This document shows, one piece after another, positions 31,092 to 39,666 of a DNA stretch of 64,000 nt. The stretch covers positions 1,696,001 through 1,760,000 of the forward strand of contig OY730476.1 in the NCBI GenBank assembly GCA_963422735.1. Direction: 5' to 3'. The translations under genes were made by a program, and so were the position numbers. Position 1 is the first letter of the stretch. The number at the start of each line of letters is the position of its first letter. The stretch comes from Candidatus Latescibacterota bacterium (GTDB lineage: Bacteria; Latescibacterota; UBA2968; UBA8231). Below the pieces are notes generated by a model. The model saw only the letters and a list, made by a program, of their open reading frames with translations, was not told the origin of the DNA and searched no databases.

Positions 31092-31940
31092 ATGGATTCG
31101 ACCTGCCTGCAACACCCCTTGACCAAGGAGGAACGCCGCCAATTTGAAAAAGATGGCTTCTTCATCGTCCGCGATGTGCTGCCCTTGGATTTGGTAGATA
31201 AGCTCATTCCCATCGTCGATCGCCTCGATGCCGAGTACCGGCTGCAAAAAGGGCTGGAAAAGCACCAGATGCACAACTTGTTCGACTTTATCGGCAAAGA
31301 TGAACTCTTTCTGGCGTTGCTCGACTGGCCAAAGACATTCGCCAAGGTCTTTGGGATTTTGGGCTGGCACATTCAGCTCTACCACTCGCACTTGATCGTT
31401 ACTCCGCCTTTAGACGGCGTCGTGCCCAAACGCAAGCGGCTAGGCTGGCATCAAGACAGCGGGCGGCTCAACATCGACTTGGAGACTCAGCCCCGGCCGA
31501 GGGTCTCGCTCAAGGTGGCGTACTTTCTCACGGACTGCACCGAGACCAATCGCGGCAATTTCCACGCCGTACCCGGCTCGCATCTGAAAAGCGAGGTCGA
31601 GATGCCAGCGGACGAGGACTTAGATCCAGCGGGCGCAGTGCCGATCCAAGTGGCGGCGGGAGACGCGGTATTTTTTGACCGACGGATCTGGCATGCGGCC
31701 GGCCACAACTTTTCGCCCGAGGCGCGCAAGGCACTGTTTTACGGCTATAGCTACCGCTGGTTGCGGCCGCGCGACGACATGACGGTGGAGCACCTGATGG
31801 ACCGCTGCGATCCAATCCGACAGCAGCTACTCGGTGCCGGTCCGAGCGGCGGGCACGGCTACACCTCGCCCAAAGAAGAAGACGTGCCGCTGAGAGAGTG
31901 GATTCGCGAGCATCTGGGTGGAGAAGCGGTGGTGCAATAA
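31092..31940 (+). CDS. PhyH-family Fe(II)/2OG dioxygenase
   Basis: WHQD, VPGSH, GDAVFFDRRIWH. Confidence 0.9.
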   Translation: MDSTCLQHPLTKEERRQFEKDGFFIVRDVLPLDLVDKLIPIVDRLDAEYRLQKGLEKHQMHNLFDFIGKDELFLALLDWPKTFAKVFGILGWHIQLYHSHLIVTPPLDGVVPKRKRLGWHQDSGRLNIDLETQPRPRVSLKVAYFLTDCTETNRGNFHAVPGSHLKSEVEMPADEDLDPAGAVPIQVAAGDAVFFDRRIWHAAGHNFSPEARKALFYGYSYRWLRPRDDMTVEHLMDRCDPIRQQLLGAGPSGGHGYTSPKEEDVPLREWIREHLGGEAVVQ

Positions 31941-31942
31941 AA

Positions 31943-34900
31943 TTAGGCTGCCGTCAGGCCCACGAAGAGCCGGCTGGACAGGCTGGTCAGCGGCTCGACC
32001 TCGCCGCGCACAGCCGCCCTAGCAAAGACTACGCCTGGCTGCGCGGCCCTAGCGGCCCGACCCAAAATGTGGTAATCGGCGCGACCGGGCTGTTGGGCCG
32101 CTTCCCGCGCCTCGGTCCAGCCTTGGTTGGTAGCGGCCAAGCCCCATAAAGCACGCGGTGCCCGCACCTTGGTCTCCTCGACCGATAGGCCGTCGCGCCA
32201 ACAACCGCGCTGGGCGAATAGACCGCCGTCTTCCCGATAGATCAGCCCGCCGCCCACGTATTGGATCAACTGCTGTTGGCTGCCCCGCGCCCCCGATAGC
32301 GTCAACAAGGCTAGGGTCCCCAAGTCGTTGTCGTCGAAATCGGCCTGCCGGTAGAAAGCCGCCACTAACTCGTCGCTGTACATTTGCCACTCGTCCCAAT
32401 TGATCTCTTTGGGTTGCTCAGGCCACTCCCTGCTCGAACCCAAGAAGGGATTGAAGGAGGCCCCCGACTGCTTGCAGACCTCAAAGCCGCGCCGCGTTAG
32501 CTGGTCGAGCACTTCCAGTGCTCGCTCCCAACCCTCGCGCTGCAGCACCTGAGCTAGCAAGCGGTTGAGTGTGCGCTTGGTGAATAGCCGGCTGCCATCC
32601 ACGGCCCCTTTGGTCAGCTCCTCCACTTCAGCGCGACCTTCCTCGGTGCGGCACAGCCGAGCCAAGCCCCAGCTCATGCCGTGATAGTTGTCGGCTATGT
32701 AGCGCCATACATCCGCATCGCGCTGTATGTGTCCGGCCACCGACAGCGCGGTTCCGGCTTCGGCCTGAGCTTCTTCAGTGAGGGGCAAAAACACCTCGAT
32801 GTGGTCGCCGTCGAAATCTAGCTCCATCAGTCGGCAAACGCGCGGATGGACGCGCACGGCAGCCCCGGCCAAACGCTGCGGACGAAAGGCCACCACCGCA
32901 GTGGGCGGCACGTGGCCCTCGTCCACCAGCACCCGCTGGGCACTGTACAGCAGCACCCACGAGCGTGCCATAATCGCGTCTAGAACCTCAGCCGCTCGGG
33001 CTGAACGCCGCGCACGACCCATCTCCCGCTCTACCTGAGGCCCAAACAAAGCCCAAGCCATTTCCTCGGGCAGGCCCACTTGGTCGAGATTCAGTTCAAA
33101 GCCCGAAGCGAGCGCGGCTCGGCCACTGAACAGCGGTCTGGCCTCGAAGTGAAGGAACTCCGGGCGCAACAACGCGGCAAAAAAATCCTCCACCCGTTGG
33201 GCCACCTGGGCCACTGCGGGGCCGGTTAGGGCCTCGGGTGCATCGCTATCGACGACGCGTTGCAAGCGCTCATTGGCTTCGACCAAATCCTCGAAGCAGG
33301 CTCGGATTGGATCGAACTCGGTCCTCGCGGGCAAGGCAACGGGAGACCCCACCGTCCCGATCTGGTGCCCCGGGGCCCACGGGTGCGGCACTAGCTGGGC
33401 CAAGGTCAGCCCCTCGGGCTCGGCAAAGGAAAAGCGCAACTCCGCGCCCGCCAATTTGGCCCGTATCCCGGCCATACCCAACAACTGCTGCAACAAGGCA
33501 AAGCGCGGGGACGGGGCTGGGGACGGGGACACCGGGCCGGTGGTTAGGCGCTGGCCCAGCGTATTGGCGTCGGGCCGCTCAGCTGCGGCCGTGTTGAACA
33601 AAGCGTGGATATTGGCTACGGCCCCGGCCTCACACAAAGCTCCGTAGGCCATCATATCGAGCTCTGGGCCGCCGGCCCTTGCCACCGCGGTTTCCAAGCG
33701 TTCGGCCGCGGTGTGGGTCAGGCGGCCCCAGTACACCCAACCCACGGTACTGCGATAGGGCAGCTTTGCGCCTTTGAGGGTCAGTTGCTCCATGCCGTCT
33801 TCGGGCAGTCCCGCCTCGACTAGACGCGCTTTCAACATCTCTTCGCTGGGTGCCTCGAAAGGCGGCACCACCGCCGGAGTCTCTTCGGCCCGGGCAATGC
33901 GACCCATGACCGCCTCGCGCTGCTGGCCGAAATTGAGCCGCGAGACCATACTGGTGGGACTGAAGATGAGCTCTACCAGCGCCCCATCGGGCAACTGCGG
34001 CATGTCGGCGTCGGGCAGGATGCGGGTCACCACCCCTTTGGCACCGTGGCGATTGCCCATGCGGTCTCCCACCCCGACTGCGGCGGGAAAATTCATCCGC
34101 GCCGCAGCCGACTCGCTGATGACCAAGCCATCCTCAAACGTGTCCCCGTCCCACATGATGAAGGCGGTCAGCAGATTGTACCCACCCCAAAAGTCGGGGG
34201 CTTCGGGCTCGTATCCCGTCTGCACTAGAGCTGGCTCGGGTTTGTTGCCCTTAGAGGCCAAGCACTGGTCGTACTGCTGGCGGAACCAACCCGTAGAGTG
34301 GACCGGAGCCGCTGTATCGGCGGCACTCGTCCACTGGCGCATCATGTTGATGCCCATCAGGGCGCGATTGGTATCGTCGTGTTCGAGAAAGGGCACCATG
34401 GAGGCCGAAAAGCCCAAGATGCTGTCGGGCGCATTGTCGATCCGTTCGAGCTTGCCGTCGCGGATGCGAGCCCCGCGGGCCACTTCGAGCACGCGGCCAA
34501 TATTGGGGCCCTCAGGGGTGCAGTAGGGGCACACTAGGCCGTATTGGCTGTAGGGGAAAACGCCCTGATCGTCAAAAGGCTCGACGACAACGGGGATCAA
34601 AGTCAGCCGCCGCAGATGGGTATAGCGGTCGAGCCAGTTGGTCGCCTGTAGGTACTGCGAGGTTTCCCCCAAGTGGAAGTCGCGCATCCAGGCGTCCAGC
34701 GGCAGCCAGTTGCGCACCAAGTCGCCGTCCCAAGCCAACTGTTCGGGGGCCACCTCCAACCTTTGGTCAATAAAGTCGTAGAGCTGCTCACCCACGCACA
34801 GAATCCGCGCTTGTTCGAGCGCACGCCGGTCGGGATAGGGAACCACGACCCGGTAGTTGCCTTCAATGTGGAAAAGGCCGTCTCGGTCGGGCCGCGGCAA

Positions 34901-35092
34901 ATCCCGGTACTCAACCTCGACCGAGGCATGGCCGAGCCCCAAACTCAGTTTAACGGAAAAAGTATAAGGGTCCTGTTGTTCGACTCGATAATCGGCCAGC
35001 GGCAAGCGCTCGCCCAAAAGCCGGGGCAGTCGCTGGTGGACGAAAAGGTCAAAGGACTCCCGGTGCCAAGGTACGTCGAGATTCAATGTCAT
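31943..35092 (-). CDS. Minimal single-chain RNA polymerase beta-beta' fusion protein (1049 aa)
   Basis: Collinear beta motifs (TPEGPNIG, PFLEHDD.NRALMG.NM.RQ, FED...ISE, GD.M..RHG.KG, SR.N.GQ) then beta' motifs (clamp helices, SGR, GLP..MA..LF.P, DFDGD, SGARGS, region H). GGAGG RBS; ATGA overlap with the sigma stop. Confidence 0.92.
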   Translation of the reverse strand: MTLNLDVPWHRESFDLFVHQRLPRLLGERLPLADYRVEQQDPYTFSVKLSLGLGHASVEVEYRDLPRPDRDGLFHIEGNYRVVVPYPDRRALEQARILCVGEQLYDFIDQRLEVAPEQLAWDGDLVRNWLPLDAWMRDFHLGETSQYLQATNWLDRYTHLRRLTLIPVVVEPFDDQGVFPYSQYGLVCPYCTPEGPNIGRVLEVARGARIRDGKLERIDNAPDSILGFSASMVPFLEHDDTNRALMGINMMRQWTSAADTAAPVHSTGWFRQQYDQCLASKGNKPEPALVQTGYEPEAPDFWGGYNLLTAFIMWDGDTFEDGLVISESAAARMNFPAAVGVGDRMGNRHGAKGVVTRILPDADMPQLPDGALVELIFSPTSMVSRLNFGQQREAVMGRIARAEETPAVVPPFEAPSEEMLKARLVEAGLPEDGMEQLTLKGAKLPYRSTVGWVYWGRLTHTAAERLETAVARAGGPELDMMAYGALCEAGAVANIHALFNTAAAERPDANTLGQRLTTGPVSPSPAPSPRFALLQQLLGMAGIRAKLAGAELRFSFAEPEGLTLAQLVPHPWAPGHQIGTVGSPVALPARTEFDPIRACFEDLVEANERLQRVVDSDAPEALTGPAVAQVAQRVEDFFAALLRPEFLHFEARPLFSGRAALASGFELNLDQVGLPEEMAWALFGPQVEREMGRARRSARAAEVLDAIMARSWVLLYSAQRVLVDEGHVPPTAVVAFRPQRLAGAAVRVHPRVCRLMELDFDGDHIEVFLPLTEEAQAEAGTALSVAGHIQRDADVWRYIADNYHGMSWGLARLCRTEEGRAEVEELTKGAVDGSRLFTKRTLNRLLAQVLQREGWERALEVLDQLTRRGFEVCKQSGASFNPFLGSSREWPEQPKEINWDEWQMYSDELVAAFYRQADFDDNDLGTLALLTLSGARGSQQQLIQYVGGGLIYREDGGLFAQRGCWRDGLSVEETKVRAPRALWGLAATNQGWTEAREAAQQPGRADYHILGRAARAAQPGVVFARAAVRGEVEPLTSLSSRLFVGLTAA

Positions 35093-35688
35093 TGATGTTC
35101 CTCCGGGTTATTAATGGCCTGCCAAGCCCGTGAGATCTGGCGGCGGCCGTGGTGCAGACGCGACTTTACGGTGCCTTCGGGAATGCCCAGTCGCTCGGCC
35201 GCATCTCGCACTTCGACTTGGGCGTCGTAGATCAGACGGAAAACCTCGCGCTTGTCCTCGGACAGTGCCTGTACTTGTCGCCGCAGCCAGCGCTGCTGGT
35301 CGGCCCGTTCCACCTCGGCGTCGGGGCGCTCAGACGCGGCCTCAATCATCCATTCGGGCACTTGGTGCGTTTCCTTCTCCACGGTTTCAGACAGCATTTC
35401 CAGCCGTTGCTCCCGCCGCCTTTGCACAGTGCGCAGGTGAGTTAGAGAAAGATGAGTAGCAATGCGGAACAGCCAGCCAGCCGCAGAGCCTCGACCGCTC
35501 CATTGGCCAGCTCGGTTCCACACCCGCAAGAAAACCTCCTGCACCACGTCGTTGGTACTCGCATCATCGCGGACGATGCGGCGCACGTGGTGGTGGATCT
35601 GCTCCCGATAGCGCTCAAAGAACTGCTCAAACGCGCGGGCATCGCGTTCTTTTATTTGCACTATGAGTTGTGAGTCCGGTATCTGCAT
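35089..35688 (-). CDS. ECF-family sigma-70 factor (199 aa)
   Basis: ATG at 35688 after GGAGG; region 2 DVVQEVFLRVW..WLFRIA; region 4 AAERLGIPEGTVKSRL. Confidence 0.93.
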   Translation of the reverse strand: MQIPDSQLIVQIKERDARAFEQFFERYREQIHHHVRRIVRDDASTNDVVQEVFLRVWNRAGQWSGRGSAAGWLFRIATHLSLTHLRTVQRRREQRLEMLSETVEKETHQVPEWMIEAASERPDAEVERADQQRWLRRQVQALSEDKREVFRLIYDAQVEVRDAAERLGIPEGTVKSRLHHGRRQISRAWQAINNPEEHQ

Positions 35689-35708
35689 CGAGGCCCTCCG
35701 CAGATAAA

Positions 35709-35734
35709 GACGCCGCCCGGAAAGTACAGGTTCA
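35709..35734 (-). promoter_or_regulatory. Putative ECF-sigma (autoregulatory) promoter TGAACC-N16-CGTC
   Basis: Minus strand TGAACC tgtactttccgggcgg CGTCT, 20 nt before the sigma ATG; matches the general ECF AAC/CGT pattern and spacing. Confidence 0.65.
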
Positions 35735-35881
35735 AGGACGAAGATGAAAAAGCCCGGAAACCTCATTGGAGACTGGCTTTCTCCCCGAATTGACTCACTA
35801 GTCGAGCACGGTATCTTACCACCCACCGCCTGAAGACCAGCCTCAACCCTTACAGACGCTCCTGCGCTAGATCGAGACCCC

Positions 35882-36530
35882 ATGAGCCTAACACCAGCCC
35901 AACTCAACCAGTTCCACCGCGACGGCTATATCATCGTCTCCGATCTGTTCACGGCCGACGAGATGGATGCCGCCCTAGCGGCGATGGAACAGATTTTCTA
36001 CGGCCAATCCTTCCAGCAATGGTTGGCCGTTTGCGACCGCGGTGAAGCGGCCAGAGTCTCGGACGGCTTTACCACCACGCACGACCACTCGGAGGGGCGC
36101 TCGCAATTTCCCGTGGGTGCGCCGGCCTTGGACCGGCTAATAGAAAAAGAGACCTACCTCGACATTTTTGAGCAATGCTTAGGCGCAAAAGCTAGCTACT
36201 GCAATGCCCACCTCTTTATGCGCTCGGGGCCTACTGACAAGCGCCATCCCCACAACCCTTGGGAGGGCTACCACATGGACCACTACACTAATTGCCTGCT
36301 GCCGCCCCACGACCAGACAGGCCGGTTTGACTACGTCAATTCGGGGGTGTACCTGCACGATGTCGGCGACGACGGTGCCCCCATGCTGGTCATCCCCGGC
36401 TCGCACAAAGTAGCCGGTCCCGCTTTTGTGCGAGCCTTTGCCCAAGGCAACGCTGCGGGTGGGTCCTTCAAAGACCTGTGCCAAGTCACCGAACTAGCCG
36501 CCCCGGTCCCCGCCACCGCCCGGCGCGGGA
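35882..36530 (+). pseudogene. PhyH-family dioxygenase, 3'-truncated
   Basis: FHRDGY, YHMD, IPGSH; ends at RRGS before the distal His. Confidence 0.75.
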
Positions 36531-36534
36531 GTCT

Positions 36535-37344
36535 ATGGCGGCCATCCGCCGCCTGCTAAGTCACCTCGATCCAGCGGCCTTGCGGGGCCGCCTCACGGCC
36601 ATCCCGGTAGTCAACGAGGCGGCCTATTGGCGCGGCCAGCGCACGGCCGAAGATGGGCTGGACTTGGCCCGCACCTGCCCAGGTCGGCCCGATGGCTCGA
36701 TTACCGAGCGCACAGCCCACGCCGTCAGCCAAGAAATCCGCCGGGCCGACTATCTCATCGACCTGCACAGCGGCGGGCTAGTCATGGAATTCTACCCTAC
36801 CGCGGGGTACACCCTGCATCCCGATAAAGCCATCCTCGAGGTGCAACGGCGCATGGCCCGAGCGCTGAATATGCCCATCATCTGGGGCACTTCGGCCCGG
36901 CTCGACGGACGCACGCTTTCGGTAGCCCGCGACGCCAACGTGCCAGCCATCTACGCCGAGTGGATGGGGGGTGGCACGTGCGATCCCCAGGGCGTGGATG
37001 CTTATTTCGAGGGCTGCTTGAACATCTTGGCCGAACTAGATCTGATCGACCGCACCCTGCCGCCCCTGCACACCGAGTACACCGTGGAGGACGACCGCGA
37101 CAACGCTGGCCACGTGCAGCTCAATTACCCAGCGCCCTTTGCTGGCTATTTTGAACCCCAAGTGACATTGAAAGCACCCGTGCAACCGGGCGATGTGATC
37201 GGCACGGTGGTAGATCATCTGGGGCAGCGGCGCGAGGAAGTGGTATCGACCCAAGCGGGCTTGATCCTGTGTCTGCGGGTCTTCAACCGCGTCCACCAAG
37301 GCGACAGTTTGGCCGCGGTTTTAGAACTCGACCCTTCCCAATAA
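36535..37344 (+). pseudogene. Succinylglutamate desuccinylase/aspartoacylase family, 5'-truncated
   Basis: IPVVN, DL.R.CPG, IDLHSGG, C-terminal biotinyl-like hairpin; lacks the N-terminal HG.E motif. Confidence 0.75.
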
Positions 37345-37612
37345 CCCCCTTTTCTGCGCCGCTAGACCCGCGCTGTTTCCAGCCCTCGCAAGTAGAAGAC
37401 CGGATAAATGCGCTTTCCAAAGATGTCCGACGGCTTACTGTGGCGCAGACTCACTGGACCCTAACTTCGGCTACGAAGGATGAGAATCTCTACCGAATCC
37501 AGACGTATTCGCACTCAAAGAAGCCATTGATGGGCGATCGATATTCGAGAGACTCTGGATCGTTGACAACGCGGTTCGGGCACAAATGATTTTTGGGGTC
37601 GGACACCGGTTT

Positions 37613-38473
37613 TTATACGCTGGCCACCTTGCTGCAATCTAGCGAAAACATGAGCGGCAAACTGCGATCTGGAATTTCCCAGTACCCATCGGCACCTTGC
37701 ACCATACACGCGAATCTGCGATAAGAGCAGTAAGGAAACTCCTCTAAGCGGTCGATCGCCAGACCAGCGGATGCAGCCGCTGTGACAAATTCCCCCATGT
37801 GGTGAGACCACTGGTATGTAGTCGTGTTCACCAGACGACCGCCCTCACCTGTGTAAGATTCCTCGGCCGTGCATAATTCGGGCGTCTCCTCGTGGAAATA
37901 GCTGTCGTTGAGTGAAAATGAACCGCTCGCGGCATCATAGGTAAGCATGTCGAGCACTGGATGTCCATCGACGACGAAAACTCGGCCGCGAAGTTTCAAC
38001 ATTGCGCTCGCAATCGAAAACCAGCGCTGGAGATCCGGTATCCAGCAGAACACGCCGTGGGAAGCAAAGACCAGATCGAATGATTGGCGCTCCAAGCGAT
38101 CGCCCACAGAGTACACGTTAGCACAGTGGAACTCGGCACTCAATCCAGTCTCTTCGGCCAGTTCGCGTGCTTTCTCAATTGCTGCGTCGGAAAAGTCCAC
38201 GCCCGTCACGATCCCACCCATTCTACTGAGAGAAAGGGAATCGAGGCCGAAGTGGCATTGCAGGTGGAGAATTCGCTTTCCGGCGACATCGCCAAGCGCT
38301 TTGATCTCGACCGGTCCCAAGGTGCATTGACCAGAGAGAAATCCCAACACGTCGTAAAACTTCGTCCCCAAGTGGAGTCCGACTCTTTCGTTCCAATTCT
38401 CGCGATTGGCGCGAAAGTAGGTTTCGTCAAAGGGCTTCAATCTTGAAACCTTTCGCGTATCCCCGGCGCACAT
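37613..38473 (-). CDS. Class I SAM-dependent methyltransferase
   Basis: N...WNER, LHLQCHFGLD, GVDFS, WIPDL. Start uncertain. Confidence 0.88.
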   Translation of the reverse strand: MCAGDTRKVSRLKPFDETYFRANRENWNERVGLHLGTKFYDVLGFLSGQCTLGPVEIKALGDVAGKRILHLQCHFGLDSLSLSRMGGIVTGVDFSDAAIEKARELAEETGLSAEFHCANVYSVGDRLERQSFDLVFASHGVFCWIPDLQRWFSIASAMLKLRGRVFVVDGHPVLDMLTYDAASGSFSLNDSYFHEETPELCTAEESYTGEGGRLVNTTTYQWSHHMGEFVTAAASAGLAIDRLEEFPYCSYRRFACMVQGADGYWEIPDRSLPLMFSLDCSKVASV

Positions 38474-38499
38474 CGTCTATCACCCTGTCCGAGAACATT

Positions 38500-39471
38500 T
38501 TAGGCGCAGACGGCCGCATCGGTGCTCCAGCGGTTGAAGGGGGTATGCTCCTCTTGGGCCAGCCGGTCGCGGGTGTCGCGCCAGAGCTTTTCCCACGCTA
38601 CGGGATCGCGCAAGACGCTTGCGGGGTTAGCTCTGCTGCGGGCGGCAAAGCCGGGGAAGAGGTCGCGGCCCGTGGGCTGGCCGACTGGATTGTAGCGCAA
38701 ATCAAAGCTCCAGCGCACATCGTCGCTGGCGTTGACCAGCGAGCCGTGGATGGTGTGGCGAGTGAGGAAGAGCACATCGCCGGGCTGCATGGGCACCGGC
38801 AGGGCCGCGTCCATATCCATAAGCAGCTCCGGGATCCACAGACCCCCCGGTCCCCCCGGACAGTGCGTGTGCAGCCCCCGGCGGTGGCTACGGGGCATAA
38901 TCTGCAGACAGCCGTTTTCGATCGTCGCCTCATTGAGCGGAAACCACACCGTCAAGACCTCCGAGTCGTCGGCTTCGGGCAGGACTACGCCGTTGTCTTG
39001 GTGCCAGTTGGTGGCACTGACTAGGGCTTGGCCGTTGTGGTCTTTGGGCACTAGGCGTTCGGGCGGCTTGAGGCGCACGTGCTGGACGGGGTTGGACCAG
39101 ATCTCGGGACCGACGATGGACTCGACCGCATCGAGGAGGTCGGGGTCGGTAATGCAGCGAAAGACGGCTGGCCCGGCCCAGAAGGGAGTGTCGGCCTCGA
39201 TGCCCGTCTGGGGCAGGGAGAAGTCGAAGTACTGGGCGTGGATCTGGCCGCTATCGACGACGATTTGAGTCAGGCGCTTGCCAAAGGGCAGGTCATCGTA
39301 CGTGGACGCGATCCGGCCGGCTTGGTAGAGCGCACAAGCGAGCTTGTCGAGGACGCTGTGGTATTCGTCGATAATGGGCTGGATGACCTCGTCCACGTCG
39401 AGCATCCCCCTGACTAGTAAGTAGCCTTCTTCGTCAAAGTGTGCGAGTTGTTCGTCCGTCAAGCATGGCAT
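38500..39471 (-). CDS. PhyH-family Fe(II)/2OG dioxygenase
   Basis: WHQD, ENGCL, PGDVLF..HTIH.S, RWSFDLRY. Confidence 0.9.
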   Translation of the reverse strand: MPCLTDEQLAHFDEEGYLLVRGMLDVDEVIQPIIDEYHSVLDKLACALYQAGRIASTYDDLPFGKRLTQIVVDSGQIHAQYFDFSLPQTGIEADTPFWAGPAVFRCITDPDLLDAVESIVGPEIWSNPVQHVRLKPPERLVPKDHNGQALVSATNWHQDNGVVLPEADDSEVLTVWFPLNEATIENGCLQIMPRSHRRGLHTHCPGGPGGLWIPELLMDMDAALPVPMQPGDVLFLTRHTIHGSLVNASDDVRWSFDLRYNPVGQPTGRDLFPGFAARSRANPASVLRDPVAWEKLWRDTRDRLAQEEHTPFNRWSTDAAVCA

Positions 39472-39666
39472 ATGCTTTCCTCCGTGGGTTCATGGGGTTC
39501 TCCTTTAGGGTTAAGGAGGTTAATTATTCTTTATCCACTCGGCACCAAAGGCATCTAGCCAGTATGTGCGTGTCCTGTTGAAGAGTTCAATTTGCGCTTG
39601 AGTATAGCGATATGGTCCGTTTGCGAATAGCTAAAAGGAGGAGCGTCGCTTAATTGTCGCGTCGCA

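Noticed and set aside
31943-35092. Calling this the housekeeping rpoB or rpoC, or a simple pseudogene
   Set aside because: Under 40% of normal combined length, highly diverged, no rpl/rps context, yet uninterrupted with deletions at domain boundaries.
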